A stretch of 64,000 nt of DNA from Ktedonobacteraceae bacterium (GCA_050695155.1 JBOGTO010000180.1:1-64000), one strand, 5' to 3'; numbered from the stretch's first letter, positions 1 to 9,163 are shown. The notes: generated by a model not told the origin, from the sequence alone. Made by a program: numbers and translations.

Positions 1-58
1 AGCCAAACCTTCTCTCTCAGAGAGCCGCCGAAGGCGGCAAGAAAACTCTCATAGTGAG

Positions 59-301
59 TTGGTTAACTGCAAAAGAGGTCATTTTATGGGGGTCGAACGC
101 GCTGTGACGCGCTGGTATGTGCAGCGCCAGGCGCTTCTCTATGAAATCGCGGAACTGGAGGCAAAACTTCAGCCGCTGAGCGTTGACGCGCAACCACCAC
201 CGAAAGAAAGCGCAGAGTCGGCGGCTCTCAAACGCCAGATCGCCGAAGCGCAGGAGAAACTGCGCCTGATGGGTTCCTGCCCCAAACCTATGATGGGATA
301 A
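59..301 (+). CDS. Small hypothetical protein, possibly starting at the internal Met at 86. No recognisable domain.
   Basis: Intact ORF directly upstream of the methyltransferase gene, preceded by a short GC hairpin (gccgcc-gaa-ggcggc at ~25-40). No motif recognised. Confidence 0.2.
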   Translation: MVNCKRGHFMGVERAVTRWYVQRQALLYEIAELEAKLQPLSVDAQPPPKESAESAALKRQIAEAQEKLRLMGSCPKPMMG

Positions 302-312
302 TCTAGAGGCGT

Positions 313-1158
313 ATGATGGATGATTCATTCGATGTTCCCTCGCCTGTTCCACCTGAGATGCTGGAGCATTATGCCAGCGGATATGAGTCCGAGCGCTTGC
401 TTCACGGTTCGAGCCAGATTGAATTGGCTCGCACTCAGGACATCATTATGCGCTATGCACCGCCACCGCCCGCTATCGTTTTCGATGCTGGCGGTGGCCC
501 CGGTGTATACGCCTTGTGGCTTGCGAAACAGGGATACGAAGTGCATCTTATCGATGCAACTCCTTTACACATCGAGCAGGCACGACAGGCTGCTTTGTTG
601 CAACCCGAAACACCCCTCGCAGAAATAGAGGTCGGAGATGCCCGCAGTCTGAAGCGTGCCGACATGAGTGTCGATGTCGTGCTTTTATTAGGGCCTTTGT
701 ATCATCTGACTGAACGAGCAGACCGTCTTGCAGCTTTGCGTGAAGCTCATCGTATCCTCAAACATGGCGGCATTCTATTCGCGGCAGCTATTTCTCGCTT
801 CGCCTCTCTACTTGATGGTCTCCGTCAGGGATTGTTCGATGACCCGGCCTTCGCGCCAATAGTCGAGCGTGATTTGACTGATGGGCAGCACCGGAATCCG
901 ACCAATCACCCGGCCTATTTCACAACCGCCTTTTTTCACCATCCGCAAGAGCTTGAGGACGAAGTGAAGGAAAGTGGGTTTCTCTACGAAAAGACCTTAC
1001 CGGTCGAAGGGCCGTTGTGGGTTTCACAGTATGCGATAGACAATTTCAATGACCAGAAACGGCGCGAACAGTTTCTGGCGCTCATGCGCCGCATCGAGGA
1101 TGAGCCATCATTGCTTGCAGATACCGCGCATCTGCTGGCTATTGCGCGAAAGGTGTAA
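313..1158 (+). CDS. Class I SAM-dependent methyltransferase
   Basis: Glycine-rich SAM-binding motif VFDAGGGPGVYALWLAKQGYEVHLIDAT, followed by the acidic-loop D-x-LLGPLYHL. Size is typical at 281 aa. Confidence 0.8.
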   Translation: MMDDSFDVPSPVPPEMLEHYASGYESERLLHGSSQIELARTQDIIMRYAPPPPAIVFDAGGGPGVYALWLAKQGYEVHLIDATPLHIEQARQAALLQPETPLAEIEVGDARSLKRADMSVDVVLLLGPLYHLTERADRLAALREAHRILKHGGILFAAAISRFASLLDGLRQGLFDDPAFAPIVERDLTDGQHRNPTNHPAYFTTAFFHHPQELEDEVKESGFLYEKTLPVEGPLWVSQYAIDNFNDQKRREQFLALMRRIEDEPSLLADTAHLLAIARKV

Positions 1159-1236
1159 GGAATAAAAAACCAGAGATTGCAAACTATGCACATCCCTGGT
1201 TCTGACTTTGGAATAGTCACTGATTACTTCATGGCA

Positions 1237-2334
1237 TTACCCGGCGAGCGCATCCACAATCAGCCTACCCATCTCCTGCGTCCCAACGACTGGTTTGCCT
1301 GCCTCTTTCAAATCCTCTGTGCGATAGCCAGCCTCGATGACCTGCTCGACTGCGGCTTCGATGACATCTGCTTCCGGGTGTAGTCCGAAGGAATGGCGCA
1401 GCATCATGGCGACCGTCAGAATGGCGGCAATGGGGTTGGCTTTGCCCTGCCTGGCGATGTCGGGCGCAGAACCGTGAATAGGTTCGTACATGCCGAATAG
1501 CCCGTGCGCGGTCTTGCGCGTTCCCAGGCTGGCGGATGGCAACATACCCATCGAACCGGCCAGCATAGCCGCCTCGTCAGTCAAAATATCTCCAAACGTA
1601 TTTTCGGTCACGATGACATCAAATCCGGTTGGACGACGCACTAATTGCATGGCGCAGGTATCGACCAGCAGGTGATCGGTCTCTACGTCGGGGTAATCGC
1701 CAGCTACCCGTTCGGCAACATGTCTCCAGAGACGCGATGAACTGAGTACGTTCGCTTTATCGACCGAAGTAACTTTCTTGCGCCTGCCCCGCGCAAGGTC
1801 AAAGGCTGTACGCACGATGCGCTCAATTTCATGTTCCGTATAGAACATGGTATCGACGGCTTCCAGACCCTGCGGCGTCTCGCGGATTTCGCTGGGTTTG
1901 CCGAAATACAGGCCGCCCGTCAATTCGCGCACAACCAGCAGGTCGGTGCCTTGTAAGACATCCGTCTTGATAGTCGAAGCATTTAGCAGCGCTTTGAAAG
2001 GGCGAATCGGGCGTAGATTGGCGAAAAGCTCTAATTCTTTGCGCAAGCGCAGCAGGGCGCGTTCGGGCCGCTCCTGCGTTTTTGACCCCTCATAGCGTGG
2101 AATGCCTCCGACCGCGCCAAATAAAACCGCGTCGCTCTGCCGGCACAGTTCCATTGTAGCGTCAGAGATTGCCTGGCCCTCGGCCTCAATTGCTGCTATG
2201 CCCACCAATGCATGATGCATCTGGAAAGTGTGCTGGTAGCGTTCGCCAATGGCGTGCAACACCCGCACAGCCTGCTCGATAACCTCTGGCCCGATGCCGT
2301 CTCCGGGCAATACGGTGATGGTGCATGTTCCCAA
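1237..2334 (-). CDS. leuB: 3-isopropylmalate dehydrogenase, of the isocitrate/isopropylmalate dehydrogenase family
   Basis: N-terminal [11 protein letters not shown] motif, LFGAVGGP-like and NLRP regions, 365 aa. Homoisocitrate or tartrate dehydrogenase cannot be excluded from sequence alone. Confidence 0.75.
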   Translation of the reverse strand: MGTCTITVLPGDGIGPEVIEQAVRVLHAIGERYQHTFQMHHALVGIAAIEAEGQAISDATMELCRQSDAVLFGAVGGIPRYEGSKTQERPERALLRLRKELELFANLRPIRPFKALLNASTIKTDVLQGTDLLVVRELTGGLYFGKPSEIRETPQGLEAVDTMFYTEHEIERIVRTAFDLARGRRKKVTSVDKANVLSSSRLWRHVAERVAGDYPDVETDHLLVDTCAMQLVRRPTGFDVIVTENTFGDILTDEAAMLAGSMGMLPSASLGTRKTAHGLFGMYEPIHGSAPDIARQGKANPIAAILTVAMMLRHSFGLHPEADVIEAAVEQVIEAGYRTEDLKEAGKPVVGTQEMGRLIVDALAG

Positions 2335-2349
2335 AGTTTATGTCTCCTT

Positions 2350-2685
2350 CTATGAATTATCCTCTAAAACAGCTTGAATTTTAACTGCCAGATCAGGAAT
2401 GCCAACTGTGGCTGTTTCCCAGACTATGTCCAGGTCGATCCCGTCATAATGATGAATCAGTTTGTTGCGCATATTAATCATGGATCGCCAGGGTATCTCT
2501 GGATGGAGATTTCTGAATTCTAGCGGTAAGGCGCTGGCGGCTTCACCCATAATTTGAAGATAGTAGACAATCGAATTTTGTGTCTCTTCCTCCCGATCGA
2601 ATCGGCGGCGTCCTCTTTTTGTATATTTACCGATTTTCGTAATAGCTGTCTGAATATGTTGGATTCTTTCAAGCGAATCTGTCAT
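2350..2685 (-). CDS. hepT: HepT-family (DUF86) toxin of a HepT/MntA type II TA pair
   Basis: 111 aa. Contains the R-x4-H-x-Y motif (RNKLIHHY). Its start overlaps the stop of the upstream nucleotidyltransferase ORF by 4 bp. Confidence 0.75.
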   Translation of the reverse strand: MTDSLERIQHIQTAITKIGKYTKRGRRRFDREEETQNSIVYYLQIMGEAASALPLEFRNLHPEIPWRSMINMRNKLIHHYDGIDLDIVWETATVGIPDLAVKIQAVLEDNS

Positions 2686-3404
2686 AGAGGTATTGCCTCT
2701 TTCAAAACGCGCTCTCGAATACGATTATGCAGTCCTTTTTCGGTTACTATATCTACATCGTGACCAAGCAGTTCCTGGAGATCAAATAAGAGTTCGCTAA
2801 GGTCAAACAGGGTTCTTCCAGGCTCAACATCCACTAATAGATCAATGTCGCTGGCTGTATCAGCCTCTCCACGCGCAACAGAACCAAAAATACGCACATT
2901 CGACACGCCATACTTGATCGCAGTGCGAAGTATCTCGTCACGCTTTGCCTTTAATAACTCAGCATAAGGTTTTGCCATCTCACCCCTGAGAAAAGTTTGC
3001 TCGGCGTTACTTCGACTAAACTGTTCCTGGGCTGCCCCTAAAACTGCATCTATTTTATCTTGTAAATTTGGAAGGTCATGCTTCACTATGTTCCATAAAG
3101 CATCTGTATCAATTTCAAGATAATAATGCGTAATTAAGCTTTGAAAGTCAGCTAATTGCTTCCAGGGTATTTCTGGGTGATGATCCTTGAAATTCTGAGG
3201 AATTGTATTTGTGGCTTCACTGATTGTTTGAAGGTAATAGATGGCTGAAAGTTGAACCTCTTCTTCAGTTTCAAACCGTTGTTTACCCTTTTTCGCGTAC
3301 TCAGTGATTCTTATAATGGCGTTTTGTATGCGACGTAGCTGCTCGGTTGAGTCTCTCATTGCTAGAAGTCTCCAAATCAGTGACACGTGTTCCTCCGCTC
3401 TCAA
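2682..3404 (-). CDS. mntA: Single ORF combining an N-terminal HepT-like DUF86 domain with a C-terminal MntA-type minimal nucleotidyltransferase. The probable HepT-domain start is Met at 3359; an internal Met at 2978 could initiate a stand-alone MntA.
   Basis: The C-terminal ~98 aa carry the NTase signature [19 protein letters not shown]. The N-terminal ~125 aa are a clear paralog of the downstream HepT ([15 protein letters not shown] vs [15 protein letters not shown]) but read FQSLITHYY in place of R-x4-H-x-Y. There is no stop between the two domains. Confidence 0.6.
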   Translation of the reverse strand: MRAEEHVSLIWRLLAMRDSTEQLRRIQNAIIRITEYAKKGKQRFETEEEVQLSAIYYLQTISEATNTIPQNFKDHHPEIPWKQLADFQSLITHYYLEIDTDALWNIVKHDLPNLQDKIDAVLGAAQEQFSRSNAEQTFLRGEMAKPYAELLKAKRDEILRTAIKYGVSNVRIFGSVARGEADTASDIDLLVDVEPGRTLFDLSELLFDLQELLGHDVDIVTEKGLHNRIRERVLKEAIPL

Positions 3405-3461
3405 TGCCAGAATTATAACCGATAGCAGGGCTGCCCGTCAAAAAAGCCGCTTCCCGGCATA

Positions 3462-3490
3462 TGGTCAGGTGTGGCGTGACGTGCTATAAT
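3462..3490 (+). promoter_or_regulatory. Putative sigma70-type promoter for the nuoB-like operon, with -35 tggtca, a 17-nt spacer and an extended -10 tgcTATAAT
   Basis: Perfect TATAAT at 3485-3490 with a TG dinucleotide at 3482-3483. Lies in the divergent intergenic region about 110 bp upstream of the NuoB start. Confidence 0.3.
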
Positions 3491-3601
3491 TACGACAGGT
3501 TAGGAGACGGAAAGCGCCGACTCCTTTCTTATATTACATTCCGCGAATATATCAACCGGGCAACAGGTGCTGCTAAACCTTTGCATGGGAGTTATTACAT
3601 T

Positions 3602-4201
3602 ATGAGCAGCGATACGAAAACCAATGGGAATAAGCGCGTCACTGGGCCGCGCAAGCCTGTGCCAATTGTTATGGCAAAAGGCCCCCATGAGTACACTCCT
3701 GGCGATCAGGAGTTGCCAGTTCAGCTTACCAGCTTTATAGACATGCTGCAATGGGCGCAGAACTGGGCGCGTTCAAAATCTGTCTGGCCGCTTGGCTATG
3801 GCCTGGCCTGCTGCGCTATTGAAATGATGGCGAGCGCGCAGGCCCATTACGACCTCTCGCGTTTCGGCTCGGAGGTATTCCGTTCCAGCCCGCGCCAGGC
3901 CGATCTGATGATCGTGGCCGGCACGGTTTCGGTCAAGATGGGGCCGCGCCTGCGCCTGCTGTGGGAGCAGATGCCCGATCCCAAATGGGTACTCAGCATG
4001 GGCCAGTGCGCGAACTCCGGCGGCGAATTTTATGATAGCTACTATACCGTCCAGGGCGTCGATACTATCGTGCCGGTGGACATATATGTGCCTGGCTGTC
4101 CGCCACGTCCTGAAGCGTTGATCGAGGGCATTCTCAAGCTGCGCGAGAAAATCGCCAAACAGGGCTTGAAAGTACGTGGCGAGAAGGAAATCGAGGTGTA
4201 G
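3602..4201 (+). CDS. nuoB: NADH-quinone oxidoreductase subunit B (NuoB/Nqo6-type)
   Basis: Canonical [18 protein letters not shown] and [11 protein letters not shown] motifs that ligate the N2 cluster. Start chosen at MSSDTK (3602) with a GGGAG RBS; the tabulated ORF start at 3461 is probably an artefactual extension. Confidence 0.85.
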   Translation: MSSDTKTNGNKRVTGPRKPVPIVMAKGPHEYTPGDQELPVQLTSFIDMLQWAQNWARSKSVWPLGYGLACCAIEMMASAQAHYDLSRFGSEVFRSSPRQADLMIVAGTVSVKMGPRLRLLWEQMPDPKWVLSMGQCANSGGEFYDSYYTVQGVDTIVPVDIYVPGCPPRPEALIEGILKLREKIAKQGLKVRGEKEIEV

Positions 4202-4204
4202 TCT

Positions 4205-4945
4205 ATGCGTGGAATTCTGAGCGGAATGGGGCTAACCTTTAGCCACCTCTTCCGGCCTAAAGTAACGCGATATTATCCCTATGAAAAGCCAAAGCTTCCC
4301 CCGCGTAGTCGTGGATTGATCCAATTGATCGCGGAGGAAGGATTGAAAGCCGACTATAACCTGAAGTGTGAGGCCTGCTTGCTCTGCGAAAAAGCCTGTC
4401 CGCCACGCGCCATTACCATCGAGTTTGAGCCGATGCACGTCTGGAAAGATCGTCCCTGGTTCGTCTCCTACGTGCGCGAGGGGGCTGAGAAGTTTGGCAC
4501 ACGCAAGATGCCCCCGGCTACAGGCGCATCCAAGGCGGGTTACTATATACAGCGCTACTCTGAATACGCGATCGAATACCATGACAAGCCAGTGGCTCCC
4601 TGCATGGCTATGCCGGTAAAGGATTACCTGGAACCAGAAATAGACCTGGGCCAGGTTGACGATTTGCTGGCGAACTGGTCGCAGGAAGCCGGAGCGCTCT
4701 CCTCGCTGCTGGATGCCGTGATGGATATTTATGGCTACCTGCCTTTGTCGGCAGCCAAGCGTATTGTGCAAGCGCGCGGCGTGGACTTGAGCGATATATT
4801 TGGTATCGCCACCATGAGTCCTAAATTCAAGCCCGCTCCCGCCGTCAAAGGCATCAAGCGCGACGACCAACCTGTACGTGGACTATCACCCGCGACACGC
4901 GGTGTGTATGGCAACATTAATCATGTGAGGCAGCCCAATGCCTGA
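4205..4945 (+). CDS. Chimeric protein: a NuoI-like N-terminus with a single 4Fe-4S motif, fused to a NuoE-like N-terminal helical region that lacks the thioredoxin-like 2Fe-2S part
   Basis: Residues ~8-100 align to NuoI (GMGLTFSHLFRPKVTRYYPYEKPKLPPRSRG, then one CxxCxxCxxxCP motif, CEACLLCEKACP). Residues ~150-225 resemble the NuoE N-terminus (LLDAVMDIYGYLPLSAAKRIVQARGVDLSDIFGIATMSPKFK). The stop overlaps the next gene by 8 bp. Confidence 0.55.
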   Translation: MRGILSGMGLTFSHLFRPKVTRYYPYEKPKLPPRSRGLIQLIAEEGLKADYNLKCEACLLCEKACPPRAITIEFEPMHVWKDRPWFVSYVREGAEKFGTRKMPPATGASKAGYYIQRYSEYAIEYHDKPVAPCMAMPVKDYLEPEIDLGQVDDLLANWSQEAGALSSLLDAVMDIYGYLPLSAAKRIVQARGVDLSDIFGIATMSPKFKPAPAVKGIKRDDQPVRGLSPATRGVYGNINHVRQPNA

Positions 4946-6269
4946 ATTTGATGCAACTTATCGTGTAATACGGCGGCGAGGCGAGCCTGATGTGCGCTCG
5001 CTCGAAGCATACCGCCGCGTCGGGGGCTATGCCGCCCTGGAAAAAGCTATTCGCGAGCAGACCCCCGATCAGGTTGTCCAGCAAGTGCTGGATGCGCAAC
5101 TGCGCGGGCGCGGCGGCGCTGGTCGCCCGACCGGGGAAAAGTGGCTTCTTGCGCGCCGGCAGGATGACGACACGCGCTATGTGATCTGTAACGCCTATGA
5201 TGCCGACGAACGTTCGTGGGCAGCGCGTACCCTGTTGGAGCGCAACCCCCACCAGGTCATAGAGGGCATCGTGCTGGCAGCCTATGCCGTAGGCGCATCG
5301 GAAGCCTATCTTTTCACACGCAGCCTTTATCTTGAGGGAATAGCCTCGGTGCAGCGAGCTTTGCAGGAAGCGTTAGACGCCAATCTCGTCGGACGCGATA
5401 TTTTAGGAACCGAGTTCAACTGCACCATCAATGTCGTAGGCGTCGATATTGGCTTCATGGGTGGCGAAGAAACCGTGCAAATCGCCATGATTAAGGGACG
5501 ACGCGGTATGCCCGAACAGCGACCACCTTATCCCGCCCAGGCTGGCCTGTGGGATCGACCCACCGTTGTCAACTCGATTGAAACACTGGCGAATGTTCCT
5601 ATTATCGCGCGCGATGGAGCGCAAGCCTTTACCAGCGTAGGAACTACCACGACCAGCGGCACTAAAGTGCTGACCGTCTACGATTATGTGCCTGATAGCG
5701 AGCCGCGCGTGGTTGAAGTGCCGTTCGGGGCCACGCTGCGCGAAATACTGCGTCACGCGGGCTATAACCGCGCCGAAAGCGAACTGCGCGGGATCGTCGT
5801 AGGAGGCGCTGAGGGAGGCGCGTTGCCGACCTCCTTGCTGGACACTCCGTTCGATTTTGACGCGCTGGAAGAAGTTGGCGTCATTGTGGGTTCCGGTATT
5901 ATCGAGTTGCTGCCGGCCAATACCTGCATGGTTGCCTGGGCGATGGAGCGCAGCCGCTACCTTAGCAAAGAGTCTTGCGGGAAATGTGTGCCGTGTCGTC
6001 TCGGTATGAAACGTATCACCGGGCTGCTGGAAGGCATCATTAGCGATCTAGGCGTCAATAACGACCTGGATGTGCTGGATGAATTTGCTAAATATGTCCC
6101 GGATGGCTCGCTGTGCGGCTTTGGCATACAGGCACCCAATTCGCTCAAAACGGCTAAACTCTACTGGCTCGAACATTTCCAGATGCACATCATGGAACAA
6201 CAGTGTCCAACCGGCACCTGTATTCCCGTGCGCGCGCATCGTTTTGTGACAAAACATGTCTTGCCCTAG
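4938..6269 (+). CDS. Divergent NuoF-like (51-kDa flavoprotein family) subunit
   Basis: Overall collinear with NuoF, including the C-terminal N3-cluster motif ESCGKCVPCRLG and later LCGFG. The glycine-rich loop reads GRGGAGRPTGEKW and the acidic region reads CNAYDADERS, where I recall GGAGFPTG and NADEsEPG in canonical NuoF. Confidence 0.7.
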   Translation: MPEFDATYRVIRRRGEPDVRSLEAYRRVGGYAALEKAIREQTPDQVVQQVLDAQLRGRGGAGRPTGEKWLLARRQDDDTRYVICNAYDADERSWAARTLLERNPHQVIEGIVLAAYAVGASEAYLFTRSLYLEGIASVQRALQEALDANLVGRDILGTEFNCTINVVGVDIGFMGGEETVQIAMIKGRRGMPEQRPPYPAQAGLWDRPTVVNSIETLANVPIIARDGAQAFTSVGTTTTSGTKVLTVYDYVPDSEPRVVEVPFGATLREILRHAGYNRAESELRGIVVGGAEGGALPTSLLDTPFDFDALEEVGVIVGSGIIELLPANTCMVAWAMERSRYLSKESCGKCVPCRLGMKRITGLLEGIISDLGVNNDLDVLDEFAKYVPDGSLCGFGIQAPNSLKTAKLYWLEHFQMHIMEQQCPTGTCIPVRAHRFVTKHVLP

Positions 6270-6318
6270 AAACTGTAGGGGCGTATTTTTCGCGTCCTGT
6301 GCCTACGAGAGGTAATAT

Positions 6319-8727
6319 ATGGCAATATCAATCCGAGATAATCTCTCTCCCATTGTGCATGATGCGCAGGCAGTGATGCCGCGCAATGAGACCGGACATC
6401 CCGGCTTCACGCTGACCATCGATGGGAAAACTGTGACAGCTTATGAGAGTCAAACCCTGCTGAGCGTGGCAGACGACAACGGCATTACCGATATTCCCAA
6501 TATGTGTAATGACGGGAAGTTGGAGCCAACGGCTGCCTGTCGCATGTGCCTGGTACATATCGAGGGCGTGAGCCAACCGCTTCCTTCGTGTACTACTGCG
6601 GCTCTGCCCGGTATGGTAGTGCGGACGAATTCGGATGAGCTTTTCCACATTCGTCGCACCAATCTGGAATTGCTGCTGTCGGACCATAACGCTTATTGCC
6701 AGCCGCCGTGCCAGGTGGATTGCCCGACGCATATCGACATCCCCGGCTACCTGGAACTGATCGCCAAAGGCTCGATGAAGGAAGCGGCTCGCCTAGTCAA
6801 AGAGGTGCTGCCATTCCCCTATATCCTGGGTCTGACCTGTCCCGCGCCCTGCCAGAAAGCCTGCCGCCGCGCGTTGGTGGAAGAGGAAATCGCCATCTGC
6901 CGTATGCACGGCCACGCCGCCGAGACCTGCCTGCTCGATCCGCCGCATCCTTTCCCGAAGGACCCGTCAACGGGCAAGAGAATCGCTATCATCGGCTCTG
7001 GCCCCGGCGGTTTGACATGCGCCTACTACCTGGCGCTGAAAGGCCATTATTGCAAAGTTTTCGAGATGCAGCCGCAGCCCGGCGGTATGCTGCGCTATGG
7101 CATCCCAGAGTACCGTTTACCGAAAGATGTGATGGACCGCGAACTCCAGCACGTCTGGGATTTAGGCGTAGACCTGCAATTAAACGTGAAACTTGGCGTG
7201 GATTTCACCATCGACGATCTGTTCGCGCAGGGCTACGATGCTATCTACCTCGCCATCGGTGCCTGGACGAGTAACCCGTTAAGCGTTCCCGGCGAAGATG
7301 CGGAAGGCGTAATCAACGCCATCGCTTTTCTGGCCGAAAAGGTTGAGGGCAAACCCGTTCCCGTTAAGGAGGGGCGCGAGGTAGTGGTGTTTGGCGGTGG
7401 ATTTACCACCTTCGACTGCACGCGCACCTCGTTGCGCCTGGGCGCGAAAGTGCATACCGGCTATCGCCGCTCCGTCAAAGAGATGACCGCGACGCCAGAA
7501 GAAATCGAAGACGCCGATGCTGAAGGCACCGAGTTGATGTTCTACGTCCAGCAGACGAAGGTCATTGTCGAGGGCGGCAAAGTAGCGGGCATCGAATGTA
7601 TCAAAAACAAACTGGGCGAGCCGGATGCCAGTGGTCGCCGCCGACCTGTGCCTATTCCCGGTTCAGAGTTCGTGATTAAGTGCGATACCATCATTCCCGC
7701 CTTCGGTCAGAATCCAGATAAAGATGTGCTGGATGAGAAGTCCGGCGTAAAATGGAGCAAACGCACCACTATTGAGACCAACCCGTTTAACTTTATGACG
7801 GACCGCTACGGCGTCTTTGCCGGTGGCGATGCTCAGATGGGCGCGAAAACTATCATCGAATGTGTTGCTCAGGGCAAGCTTGGCGCGCGTTCGATGCATG
7901 CCTTCCTCAATGGTGAAGACATGAAAGAAGTGGCCCATCGCCTGGAACTGGAAGAGCGCAAACCCGACCTCTTCGATATTGTGCCGTACAAGCCGGTTGA
8001 GCCAAAGGTCAAGATGCCGATGCTGCCCTACGAGCAGCGCAAGCGCAGTTTCGAGTTGATCGAGCTGGGCTACCTGCAAGAGCAGGCGGAACGCGAGTCG
8101 GCTCGCTGCTTGCAGTGCGCGTGTCCGGCAGCCGGGCAGTGCGACCTGCAAAAGTACAGCATCGAGCATGGGCTGGCGGATAATCGCTTCCATGATGGCG
8201 AGCCGAGCGACTACCACGACTACGAGTTTGACATGTCGCACAGCTTCATCCTGCGCGATCCCAACAAGTGTATCAACTGCACGCAATGTGTGCGCGTCTG
8301 TCATGACGTGATCGGCCCTGACTGCTACGGTATGTTCGGTAAGGGCTTCGATACCATCGTCTCCACGCCGTTCAACGTCAGCCTGCATGATACCGATTGC
8401 GTCTCCTGTGGGGCGTGCGTGCAGGTCTGCCCGACCGGCTCGCTGATGATGGCCGAACGCACACTCACACGTTACGCCTTCGCGCTTGATCGCTGCATCT
8501 TCTGCGGCGACTGCGTAGAGGTCTGCCCTCACGGCGCGCTCGGCGAGACCCCCAACTTCGAGCTATCGTTCTTCAACCGCTTCGGCGAAGATGTCACGCT
8601 GGAGAAGGGCGACCTGGCCGTTGCCCCCAACTACCTCGTGCGCCAGCGCCTGCCACGCGGCAAAAAGGATGTACCCGTGATGAGCCCGCTGGTGCGGCCA
8701 TTGCCGGCGAGAGGAATCAGGGAGTAA
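6319..8727 (+). CDS. Multidomain oxidoreductase: NuoG-type N-terminal 2Fe-2S domain, then a GltD-like NAD(P)H-dependent flavin oxidoreductase, then C-terminal 4Fe-4S ferredoxin motifs
   Basis: N-terminal C-x11-C-x2-C-x13-C (PNMCNDGKLEPTAACRMCLVH...SC). GltD-family Fe-S region DIPGYLELIAKGSMKEAARL...CPAPCQKAC. Dinucleotide-binding motif RIAIIGSGPGGLTCAY. C-terminal CINCTQCVRVC, CVSCGACVQVCP and CIFCGDCVEVCP motifs. Confidence 0.75.
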   Translation: MAISIRDNLSPIVHDAQAVMPRNETGHPGFTLTIDGKTVTAYESQTLLSVADDNGITDIPNMCNDGKLEPTAACRMCLVHIEGVSQPLPSCTTAALPGMVVRTNSDELFHIRRTNLELLLSDHNAYCQPPCQVDCPTHIDIPGYLELIAKGSMKEAARLVKEVLPFPYILGLTCPAPCQKACRRALVEEEIAICRMHGHAAETCLLDPPHPFPKDPSTGKRIAIIGSGPGGLTCAYYLALKGHYCKVFEMQPQPGGMLRYGIPEYRLPKDVMDRELQHVWDLGVDLQLNVKLGVDFTIDDLFAQGYDAIYLAIGAWTSNPLSVPGEDAEGVINAIAFLAEKVEGKPVPVKEGREVVVFGGGFTTFDCTRTSLRLGAKVHTGYRRSVKEMTATPEEIEDADAEGTELMFYVQQTKVIVEGGKVAGIECIKNKLGEPDASGRRRPVPIPGSEFVIKCDTIIPAFGQNPDKDVLDEKSGVKWSKRTTIETNPFNFMTDRYGVFAGGDAQMGAKTIIECVAQGKLGARSMHAFLNGEDMKEVAHRLELEERKPDLFDIVPYKPVEPKVKMPMLPYEQRKRSFELIELGYLQEQAERESARCLQCACPAAGQCDLQKYSIEHGLADNRFHDGEPSDYHDYEFDMSHSFILRDPNKCINCTQCVRVCHDVIGPDCYGMFGKGFDTIVSTPFNVSLHDTDCVSCGACVQVCPTGSLMMAERTLTRYAFALDRCIFCGDCVEVCPHGALGETPNFELSFFNRFGEDVTLEKGDLAVAPNYLVRQRLPRGKKDVPVMSPLVRPLPARGIRE

Positions 8728-8731
8728 TAAA

Positions 8732-8801
8732 GAATAGTCAACCAAAGGGACAGGACGACTACGGAGGGTTGTAGTCGTCCTGTCCCTTTGGTTGACTATT
8801 C
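8732..8801. terminator. Very long perfect hairpin (31-bp stem, 8-nt loop) between convergent genes. Probably a bidirectional terminator or structural element.
   Basis: agaatagtcaaccaaagggacaggacgactac / ggagggtt / gtagtcgtcctgtccctttggttgactattct; begins 5 bp after the stop at 8727. No strong T tract follows. Confidence 0.5.
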
Positions 8802-8993
8802 TCTTCTTCCTGGGAGTATATTGTGAGTGTGAACCGTGAACCCACGCGGAAAGTGTACCAACATAGCATTTTTAGGAAGTATTCGCTCACGTTGTAGCGC
8901 CCATCGCTGCGCCTCTATCCATGCCTCTTGTTCATCTTCCGCATACAGGGGAACAAGGAGGCTCGCCTTCATATCTTCATAGGGAGGGAACAT
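8796..8993 (-). CDS. Small hypothetical protein (65 aa), divergent from the XRE regulator
   Basis: Intact ORF in a low-GC intergenic stretch. No domain recognised. Confidence 0.25.
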   Translation of the reverse strand: MFPPYEDMKASLLVPLYAEDEQEAWIEAQRWALQRERILPKNAMLVHFPRGFTVHTHNILPGRRE

Positions 8994-9163
8994 CCAATAT
9001 CCACAAAGTTTTTACCGTCTCCATCTTGCCCTCACTTTCTGAGTAGTACTTTATATACTAGTATCTAACATACTACTACAAAATGTGCTGAGATAGCAAG
9101 CGTAGTTCTCTATATCATAGGAGACTGGTACAATTGCCTCAGAACAAGTGAAGGAAACGGGCA

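Noticed and set aside
4860-4945. Possibility that the NuoI-NuoE chimera results from a sequencing frameshift hiding a complete NuoE
   Set aside because: Only about 80 bp remain before the NuoF-like start, far too little to encode the missing ~80-aa thioredoxin-like 2Fe-2S half in any frame. The truncation is therefore real in this sequence, although an assembly deletion cannot be excluded.
7663-8532. 289-aa ORF on the minus strand inside the NuoG/GltD-like gene. Similar long antisense ORFs occur at 9244-9927, 20577-21161, 22223-22675, 33893-34483, 35915-36688, 38210-38713, 40395-40901, 43691-44146, 46237-46905, 53605-54234 and 54289-54759.
   Set aside because: All lie entirely within, and antisense to or out of frame with, genes that have strong homology-based support. 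Long spurious ORFs are expected in GC-rich DNA, and none shows a recognisable motif.
3461-8727. Interpretation of the Nuo-like module as a HoxEFUYH-type bidirectional NiFe hydrogenase
   Set aside because: No large-subunit (HoxH/NuoD-like) gene is present. The small subunit carries the complex-I-type [10 protein letters not shown] motif rather than a hydrogenase small-subunit signature.
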